Of a DNA stretch of 64,000 nt, positions 1-64,000 are shown one piece after another. The translations under genes and the position numbers were made by a program. The stretch is from the human T2T-CHM13v2.0 reference genome, Homo sapiens: the NCBI RefSeq assembly GCF_009914755.1, contig NC_060946.1; one strand, written 5' to 3'. Below the pieces are notes generated by a model, which did no database searches, had not been told where the DNA came from, and saw only the letters and a list, made by a program, of their open reading frames with translations. Positions within the stretch are counted from its first letter, which is position 1. Every line of letters begins with the position of its first letter.

Positions 1-153
<153 letters not shown>

Positions 154-496
154 TCAGTAGTAAAAGACATAAACAAAAAGCTATAAGTATACACTACGTT
201 ACAGCTTTTGTTGAGGAATGCAATAAACATACATATCACTTCCCTGTATAATCTCAATGGCCTTTGGGAGAGAATTTAGAAAAGCATCCCAGTCGCTGAA
301 TGGTTGAGTTTAGGGGAAAAACTGACCCAGCACAGCCCCCTCATCTCCTGGATGAGGTTACTGCGGTTCCGCAAGGTGAATCGAGGTCAGTCGCCAAGGC
401 AGAACCGGATTCGCCAGATTCCCTAGTCTCAGTGGAGCTTTAACCCTCCCAGGCACAGGACCGCTGGAGAGGTCGCCACGGGCCGGTTTCCCAGCC

Positions 497-513
497 GGCC
501 GCGAGGGGGCGAC
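497..513 (+). promoter_or_regulatory. Candidate CTCF site
   Basis: GGCCGCGAGGGGGCGAC in a small CpG-rich patch; motif only. Confidence 0.45.
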
Positions 514-850
514 AGAGTGCAATGGACCCAGGTGAGTCGGGGACCAGGCGCCGCCAGGTCGTGACGCCACAAGGTGAGGGAGGTCTTTGATGGAGGGAGA
601 TACAGGAGAAAAGGCGCCGAGCTTAGGAAGTCTGTTCGTACTGTCCTCCCCGATTCCAGTCTGGCTCCCACTGCTATCTTCCTCCCACTGCTGGACCCTT
701 CTAAAACAAAAGCCTGACTTTGCTACCATCCGTAAAACTGTAACGACACCTCCAACGTTGCTTACAGGGAAAAAAAAAAAAAAGGGCAGCAAAACATGGG
801 ACCTGGGTGATCTTGCCCCAGCCTAATTCCAAGATATCTCCTGCAAATAG

Positions 851-1168
<318 letters not shown>

Positions 1169-1266
1169 TCATCCTACTTTTTCTCCCTGAATATCTTTTC
1201 GCACCAGCTCTACGTGGAGAAATCCGACTGTCTTTGAGCGAAGTACAGTATCACTTTCTCTTGAAA

Positions 1267-1312
1267 CCTCCCCTGACACGACCCCTCCCCTGACACGACC
1301 CCTCCCCTGACA
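1267..1312. repeat. 17-bp tandem repeat, about 2.7 copies
   Basis: (cctcccctgacacgacc)n. Confidence 0.85.
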
Positions 1313-2140
1313 ACACCCCCACCCACCCCACCCCAGTTTGGGGGAGGAGCCCCCTCCTTTGTTCCCACTACCCCGTGGGCTTCCCCTATCACACTGTAAT
1401 AAATATCTGGCCTTGTCTATCTCCTTCTGTGCCCATCACAGAGCAAAGCAAATACAAAGAGTTCATTAAACGTTGGCTGGATGAATGGAGGAGACGGCAC
1501 AGGGTTCAAGCTCTGCTACTTGTGCGGCCTCAGGCCGACTAATTATCTGGTGGGTTTGTTGTAAGGAGTCAGAACTAAATGGATTAATTACAAATAGTGC
1601 TTAGGACAATGCCCAGAATACTGTAAGCACTCAAGAAACTGATTTATTTTCGTCATTTTCACAGCGGCCAAGGTACATGAGGATGTAGCTTATCGCCCTT
1701 TTAAGGGACTCTCCCACGTTCGACTCTAAGCGGAAGTACCCGCTCAGGGCTCCGGAAGTGGCCTCAGAGCCCCTCAGCAACATGCCCGCAGAGAATTCTT
1801 CCGGAGGCGGTCACAGACATCTCCGTGACGCAGAACGAGTTAGAGCGTCCCTTGGGGTTTCCATGGTGCTGCCCTTAGCCTGCAGTATCTCCACTTCCTC
1901 TCCCGCCTGAGCGCCGGGAACGGAAAAGCAGGCGGCCGGTCCCAGCTGCGACGTAGACGCCGCGTGGGGGTGGGGTTGGGCGAGTAGGTGACGCTCTAGG
2001 CGAGCTCGTTGGCCTCTCTATGGTGCCGAGCGCGCCCGTTCGGACGTTGCCCCTTTAATCGGCAGAGGGCGGTGCCCAGGAGGTCCCGCGAGAGCTGCGG
2101 GGGGCGGGGGGGCGGTGCCGAGGCTGGGGGCCGGTGGCGG

Positions 2141-25991
<23,851 letters not shown>

Positions 25992-26821
25992 AACAGAGGG
26001 GCTGGGGAGAGGAAGGGGCAGAGGGACCGGTCACTGTCCAGCCTGGAGGGAGGCATTGGTGGCCAAGGACACCCTTTGTTGCCCATGGCCATTCACCCCC
26101 AGGCCTGGTGCTTCTCCCCACACCCCTGTAGGCCTCAAGTGACTCTTCCCCCTCCTGCTCCGGCCCCGCCCCTGCTGAGCCAAACCCAGTAGGAGGCTGG
26201 GCCTGGGTTTGTGCCGCTGGGGTCTCCATCACCGGGACCTGGAGAGGGAGGGGCTGTGTAGCCTTGGAAGAACTTGGGTCATGGGGAGGAAGCACAGCTG
26301 TTGGGGAAGGGCCAGGACCTCAGGCCCAGCCCCAACCCCAGCTGGGGTGGGGTCTTCCCCACCTGTCTCTTATGCCTTATGGGAAGGCCCAGCCATAACT
26401 CGGGGGCCATGCTGGAGCTGGGGACCAGCTTAGGCCTCCTCCATAGGAACCCAGTGACTGGGGGGTGACGCCTACACCCCCAGCTATTTGCACTCTGGTG
26501 TGTGGTTTGACTCTGCTTTTCTTCCGGATTGGCCCTGTGGTCACAGCCTCAGGGGGCCAGGCTGGGGGAACCTCACCTGGCCCGTACTCCTGGGGGTTTC
26601 CCTTTGCCATTGGGCCCCCTGAGGGACTGTGGGGGCTCAAGGGTAATGCCAGAGGCCCATGGCCCCAGCGAGGGGCTGTGGGGCACCTAGAGTTCTCGGT
26701 GTGTCTCCTTCATTCATTGGCCTCTGCTGGGGCCTCCTATGGGTGTCTTACGTCTGTCCATCCATCTGTCCGTGGTCAGAAGTGGGGTCAGTGTGTGAGT
26801 GAGAGCAGGAGTATTTATGAA

Positions 26822-26827
26822 AATAAA
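26822..26827 (+). terminator. GGA1 polyadenylation signal
   Basis: AATAAA about 830 nt after the stop codon. Confidence 0.8.
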
Positions 26828-28714
26828 ACGTCGTTTTTCCTGGACCAGCTGCTCTCGTGGCCCTTTGGAGGTTGAGGGAGATGGGAGGGGTTGAGTCCAT
26901 GTTCCCTAGGGCTGCCCTGTAGACCTCTCCACTTCCGTCTTTGGAGGTCAGGCCGTGGGCCCCCTCCCCACCACCCCCCGGGCCCTGCACCGGAAGAGGC
27001 CCTGCAAAGGGGCCTGTGGCCAGTGCTGAGTCACCAGAGAGGGCGCTGGGCTGTGGCGGACCAGGACCGTCCCAGCTGGAAGTGGGCGACCGCCAGGGCC
27101 TGGCAGGAGCCCCAGCTGCTACAGACACCGAGGGGGAGGCCCCTGGCTGCTCACGACTTCCTCCTGCTGTGCTCAGCCCTCCACACAACCTCGATGCTGC
27201 AGCACCCCAGAGGGAAGTCCAAGCCCAGCTTCTCCCTCCCCCCAGACATCACTCCCTTGCCCAGCACCAATCGCAGTTTGTTTGGGAGCAGACCCAGGGA
27301 CCCTGAGCTGGGCCCCTGCCACTCGCAGCGGCAGCTCTCCCCCACACAGTGCTATCAGTTTTCTCCAACCAGGAGGCTGGGGTCCAAGCTTGGGCGTGGC
27401 TTCGAGGCCACACAGCTGGGAGCGAGGGGGCGCTGGTCCAGGCAGATGGGCCCTGTTGTGTGGGAGGCCAGCCCTGCGTGTGGCTCTGCAGGAAAGTGTT
27501 CCCTGCTCAGATGAGTCCAGGGAGGCTGCGCACGGTTTCTCCTGAGTAGATGAGCCCATACAGACCCTGGGAAGTCCCTCATTTAAGAAGCCATTTTCAC
27601 TTTGTCTAATCTAGTGTTTCCCAATCTGAACTTGGCCGCTGAACCCTTCTCCTTAGATATAGTTGTGACATGCTGGAGAATTGCCCAGCACACCCGCATC
27701 CCAGCGTGTGTGCTCTTTAACACTCATCAGCAAGCAAGGGGCCCCTCTCTGCTGGGCCCACACTGAAAGCGCAGGCTGAGAGCTCCTCCATGTCCGCCTT
27801 ACTGCTGAGGGGACAAGAGGCATTAGCTGCACCCTGCGGGAGCCTCCTATCAGATCCCTACAGTGGGACTCCCACCCTGGCACAGCCCTCCAGACAGAGG
27901 CTGGCCCCTGGAGGCTTCCAGACACCCTGTCCCAGCCACGTGGCCTCGTTCCTGTTCCCCTTCCCTACCCTGCAGGACTCGCCTCCACACTTGTGATGTC
28001 TCCTGAAGATAACTCCGGTTGGAAGTTTCTTCTACCTGAAATGAAACCATAACCCCTGCAGCATCCACTTGGGGTGCCAGAGTCCCACCTCCAGCACAGT
28101 CTTCATTACTGGCCATGGCAGGGAGGAGTACAGGTTGGCATGGGGAACAGGTGGGACTGTGAGCTGGGAGTCTGGGGGCTGGTTCTGGCTGGGTCACTGG
28201 CTTGCTGTGTGATTTTGAGGAAGATGCTTTCCTTTCTGGAAAAGGGGAGAGGGACTCAATGAGCTATAAGGTCCCTCTGAGGAGTCCTTGGACAAAGGAG
28301 CCAGGCTGTCAGCTTTGGAGTGACCCAGGATATTCCGGGGACGGGAAGGTGGGGTCCCTTCAGCCTTTGGACCTTGTCCCTTGCCTTGTCCTTAACCCAC
28401 CCATCCTGTCAGTCATGCCAGTGTTTCCTGAGCAGCCCCTGGGCCAGCCCCTGTCCTAAGAGTTCACAAGCTGGCAAGGACTTGGGAGCCAGTGTGGCAC
28501 CCTGAGAGCAAAGACATAAGGTACCACAGAAGCCCTGCATCTGTCTGAGAGTCTGGGGTGGGTTCTAACCAGAGGAAAGGACCCTGGGCCTCCACTCCCT
28601 GGAGGAGTCCTTCCCCAAATACCGTGTTGCTGCACAGAGGTCCGGGCCACTGCGCTCTGCAGTCTCAGGGGCTGGGATGCAGTGCACTGGGGAGGCGTGT
28701 GCTCTGTCTCTTGA

Positions 28715-29495
<781 letters not shown>

Positions 29496-31819
29496 TCTGC
29501 CTGGTCTCTCGACATACCCCCTCCCCCAGTCTCTCTGGGCCTTGCAACCAGGGCACCAGCCCAGCAAGGCAGGCAAGAGGAGCCCCCGGACCTGATGCCT
29601 ATAGCCTCCCATCTTAAGCCTCTGAAATGCCCTGTGAAATGGGAAGTGAGGCTCAGAGAAGTCACACATTATGGGCTGAGTCTGGGCCAGCAGTCTTGAG
29701 GTGTCTACCAGGATGGCACATTGCCCCATACCTCCCAAGTCCTCCCCCCAGCCTCTGTCGGGCTGTCCTCTGGGGCTGGGCTCAGGGTACACACTCCTCC
29801 AGGGCTATCAGGATTAAAATGGAGTTCTCAGCCTTAGGGCCACCCCAGGATTTCCTGGAAAGTCCTTTGGGCTTGGGGAGGGAGGTGAGGGAGTTTTTAG
29901 AGCCCCAGAGATCTCACTATGCCCCTAGCTGCTCTGGGTGGAAGTCCACACAGAGGGCAGCACCGAGGGATACTACAAACAGGCAATTTGTCAAAGTGTC
30001 TAAAATGGGATGTTTCTGCTCCTGCAGCCCCTGCTTCCGACCCCCGTTACCACCACCACTCAGCTGCTGACCTCCCTGCCCACATCCTGCTCAAGCCTTA
30101 CTAGCACATGCTACCCAGACTGTCCCAGGCTTTCACAGACAAATCTGCACAGAGGCTGCCAGGCCCTCAAAGCAACCACAGGGGTTAAGGCGGAGCCAAG
30201 GGCCAGCATTTCTGGAGCTCCCAGGCAAGGCTGTCTGGGTCTGGCACAGCAGGAGAGCCCACGTGGGCTTAGGAGACTGTCAGATCTGTTTCCTAACTTG
30301 GCCTCTACCACTTTTCCAGCTGGGGACCTTAGGCCAGGGGCCTTGGGCTATTCACCTGTAAAATGGGGACAGTGATACCACCCTCACTGGAGGATATGCT
30401 ATAGCACAACAAAAAGTCCCATTGTCCTAAGGCAGCTAGACACACACAGGGGTCGTTGGGGCAGGAATGGGGGTAAGGGGTCTTTCCATTCCTGACTTGG
30501 CAAGCTGAATAATGATGGTAACAAGAAACAACGCAAGGCACTTTATAAGCATCTTGCATCTATTAATTCACCTAACGCTTCTGTGAGGTAGGTACTATTA
30601 TTTCCAATTTACTGAGGAGGATGCTGAGGTTCAGAGACGTGAAGTGTCCCACTTAAGGTTACCCAGCTAATGACAGCCACAGCCTGGCCAGCTAGCCTCC
30701 TCCACACCCTTAAGCTCTCTCTGTTCCTGCTGCCTGAGCCACTGTGACAGGCACACTGCCAGGTCCCAGAGGCTTTAGCAGGAGCCAGCTAAGACCAGCC
30801 TGGTAGAGAATGACCCAAGCCAACAGGCCCCTGGATTGGGGAAGGGCCCCACGAGGGGTTGGCTGGGGAGCTCTGAGGTACCCCTTCTGTGTCTGCAGTT
30901 TAGAAAGGCCATGATCCCAACACCCACTGATCAAAACTTCTGAGTCCGTAAGTCTCTGATTACAATTCCTTCTAAGGAACAGCCTATAACCCTAACCCAA
31001 CCTTTGGGGAGTCCATCCTTCTATGATTCAACATCCAGGTGTGACAAGGGAGGGCCTAAAATCTACCCATCACCCAGCTAGGAGGCACAGCAGCCCCACC
31101 CGAATCCGACTCAAAGGCCCAGGGTGTCTCTCCTGCCCAGGACCCTTAGGTCTGGCTGGAGGGGAGTCTGGAGACCAGGGCAGGAGCGCGGGGCAAGAGC
31201 TCAGTTAGACTGATAATATGGCTCAGGTAGTTTCCACCACAGCTGCGGCTACAACCCACGTGTACTGACCCCTCACCAGGCCGGAGCTGGGGCTCAGGAC
31301 TGGGCAAATCTAGGAGAGACAGAGGTGTAAGCCAAACCTTGCCTTCAAGGACTTTCAGACCAGCTACAGAACCAGACAAGCCCAGGCCCGGTGTGGTCTG
31401 GGCTGGAGGCTTGGCTGGAACAGAGCAGGGGCACCACATAGTCCAGAGACTTCCCGAGGGACAGGAAGGATGGCACCTGAGGTTCCCTTGCCATGCCACC
31501 CATAGTCACTGGCCAGCAGCCTTCCTGTTGGGAAAAGGGAGATGGGGGAGGGAACCTTGCCTGACATCTCATCCTGGCCTGAGCTTTGATCTTGGAGCCT
31601 CCCAACTTCCCACCAGGATTCCACACTCAGGTGGGCTCCCATCTGGGAGGCTCTGGCCATAGCAGGCAGCTGTTGGGTTCCCTTCTCAGCTCCTCCCACC
31701 CCCAATGAGTCCTGCCTCATTAGGGAGGAGAGAAGCAGCCAGTGAGTGTGCCAGGCCCTGGGCTAGGTGCTGGGAGTATGGAGATGTGTGGGGCCAAGGT
31801 CCTGCCTCTGAGAGGCGCC

Positions 31820-31857
31820 CAGTCTGCACCGGCACACAGTCTGCACCGGCACACAGT
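31820..31857. repeat. 17-bp tandem duplication
   Basis: (cagtctgcaccggcaca)2 cagt. Confidence 0.85.
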
Positions 31858-33004
31858 AGTGGCTCAAATAGTCTCAAACTAAACTGAAACTAACAAAGCA
31901 AAGTGCAGAGGGTGTGGCAGGACTCTGGGGCACACCCTCCCCTCTTCCCCACGCCTGCGGCTCCTGATGCCACAGGGGTGCAGGGTAAGGAGAGCCTACT
32001 GTTTCCTAAAGGCGCTCACATCTTGTAAACCCAGCAGTTATGGAGCACTTACTGTATGCCTAACTCTGTGTTGAGTGGAGGGCCAAAGAGGAGAACTACT
32101 GAGTTTGGGGGCAGTCAGAGCAGCACCTACATCATTGCCCTACAAGAAGGAAGGGGGACTGAGGCTGTTTGCCAGGAGGAATGAGAGGAGACGGGCTTCA
32201 CAGATGGAGCAAACTGCCAGGAGATGTGGAGAACAGGGTGTCGCGAACCGCTCTGGGAGGGTTCCTGGTGGCTGAGGGGTGGCACGCACCTCCCTTAAAG
32301 GGAGCTGGCAGGGGTGTCTTGTCCACTCTGCAGAATGGGCAGGCCCAGGACAGCTGGCCCATCAGACCATTAGAAACAGCGAGTCCGGAGTTCCAGGGGC
32401 TTGTCCACGGCCACACAGCAGCCCGTGGCCCCAGGAAGCCAAAGCTCCCAGCCAGTCATCCAGTGGTGGGGGGTTTAGTTCCAGGGGGCCAGAGGTCCTC
32501 TGCGGAAGAGAGTGCAAGGCAGTATCCGCGGCAGGCCCAGAGAGGCCAGGACAGGTCAGAAAGGCCTACCCCTCTTTCGCTTGGTACCCTTTCCTCTTTG
32601 CGAGGGATGCAAAGGTTATTTATACCTCGGGTCTGCAGGCTGCGGGTGGGGCAGGCACCCCGCCTGGGGCGGGTTGCGGGCGCAGGGGCAGGAATGGGCT
32701 TACCTGCTTCCCGCCACCGGGGCTGGGCGGGGCGCTGCGGGGAGGAGGAGCCGGGCACAACCTGTGGACGGCCGCGGCCGGCGGACACACAGCAGCGGGG
32801 GCCCGGCCGGGGGTCGCCCGGGGGCCCGGAAGCCGGGGAAGAGCGAGGAAACCAACTTGGAGAGAGGAGTGACCTGGGGGCCGGGGGCGGAGTCGTGAGC
32901 GGGGGAGGAGAGAGCCGGCCGCCAGCAAGAGCCGCGCGGCGGCCCAGGAAGCGAGAGCGCCGCCCACCCATCCGGGGCAAGAGCCGCGCCGCAGGAGAGG
33001 CAGG

Positions 33005-59108
<26,104 letters not shown>

Positions 59109-59534
59109 GCCCACTGCACCTGCAGCCACAGGCCCACCCCTCCCCACTCCCTGATCCCGTAGGTGGAGGCGATGGGTCACGAGCCATGTTAAGCACAACC
59201 GGCTCCTTGGTCCAGTTCTGCACCGGGGTGGGGCTGGGACCCGGGGAAGGTTTGAGGGCCCTTGCAACCCCCTCCCAGCAGTGGCTGGGCACTCTTTGCT
59301 GCCCCAGAAGCTGGTCCCCTATGGATTCATCTTGGCCTGACGCAGCCAGGTGGCCTTATTTCTTCCCTGTCACCTCCCCTCCTTGAAATCTGGGCCCTGG
59401 TGCCTGCTGAAGATTCCCTCTATCCCTGAGTACTTAGTCTTCTCCCCCTTCCCTGGGGCTTCTAGAGCTCTCTCTGCCCCTCAGGTCCTGGCCCTTGGGT
59501 CCTTGTCAACCAGAGGTCTAGGGAACCACAACCC

Positions 59535-59810
59535 TTATTGTCCTGGGTGGACCAATCCAAAGGCTAAGTGATAGTGACTCATCAATGTTGGGTCCTGTGG
59601 GGTACCAGTTTAGGTTCCTAAGTAATAGTGACCCTTTCACGTCCTGGAGCCCGAGTGGACCAATCGGAAGCCTAAGTGACGATGACCCTCGCATGTCCTA
59701 GGTCCCTGGGTGGACCCATCAGGACCCCAAGTGATAGTGACCCAGTGGTCTTTTAGATCCTCAGTAGAACAGTCCAGAAGCCTGAGAGACAGTGGCCCCT
59801 TGATAATCTG
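59535..59810 (+). repeat. Degenerate 54-bp tandem repeat in PDXP 3' UTR (4-5 copies)
   Basis: Core ctaagtgatagtgac recurs at 59564, 59618, 59672, 59727 and weakly near 59781. Confidence 0.8.
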
Positions 59811-60146
59811 GGTCTCACGGGACCAGCTAGGGGTCCAGGTTTCAGTCAGTAAATAAGAGTGGTCCACGTCCTAAAGACACCTCTCCTTTACAAAGACTTG
59901 TGATGCTCTGGGGCTTCTGTGGCCAAGCCCCACCCTTTCCTGGTCATGGTACCCGTACAGCGTTGATGGCCACAGCTCGAAGGGGGGCTTTCGTGTCCCC
60001 CTGTGCGGTCAGTGTTTTCAGTACCACCTCTCTCCCGTGCCCACTTGGCTATTTACTTATTTATTTATTGTGTGCCAGTGATGGTGGGTGGGGGCTGGGC
60101 CTTCCCCGCCACCTCCACCCCTGTTGTGACCTGTCCTTCCGTACTT

Positions 60147-60152
60147 AATAAA
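60147..60152 (+). terminator. PDXP polyadenylation signal
   Basis: AATAAA followed by GT-rich downstream sequence. Confidence 0.85.
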
Positions 60153-60330
60153 GTGCGCGTGGGAGTGTTCACCTGTGTTTGAGTCTATGTTTGGGGAGGG
60201 AGGAGGACCCCCTGCTGGAGTGTGCTCTCCCTGGACCTGGCCCACCACATTGTTCTCTGCATGAAATGACCCATTCCTGTTCCTGAGTGTCTTCTGTGTG
60301 TAGCGATACTTTGAGTCAAGAGTGCTTTAT

Positions 60331-64000
<3,670 letters not shown>

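Noticed and set aside
59535-59810. CRISPR-like repeat-spacer appearance of the 54-bp periodic motif
   Set aside because: Human 3' UTR, repeats are degenerate, linkers resemble each other, and there are no cas genes; treated as a decayed tandem repeat

Overview
Human genomic DNA, GC-rich and Alu-dense, matching the 22q13.1 GGA1-SH3BP1-PDXP cluster. Three complete multi-exon genes lie in tandem on the + strand, each reconstructed by hand from GT-AG junctions with consistent phases: GGA1 (17 coding exons, 1920 nt, 639 aa), SH3BP1 (18 exons, 2106 nt, 701 aa) and PDXP/chronophin (2 exons, 891 nt, 296 aa). The sequence also supports the known read-through protein BARGIN. A CUG start in a second frame of SH3BP1 exon 1, skipping of exon 2, and splicing of exon 17 to PDXP exon 2 give a 677-aa ORF. 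The least explained structure is in the PDXP intron: two adjacent non-Alu inverted duplications (about 150 bp and 325 bp). The larger one was inserted into the middle of an old Alu with microhomology at both ends. Other items are a cryptic 54-bp tandem repeat in the PDXP 3' UTR, a 7SL pseudogene nested in an Alu and L1, and several palindromes. Most ORF-track entries are Alu or GC-rich artefacts. Repeat boundaries and subfamilies are by-eye estimates, and novelty could not be checked without database searches.
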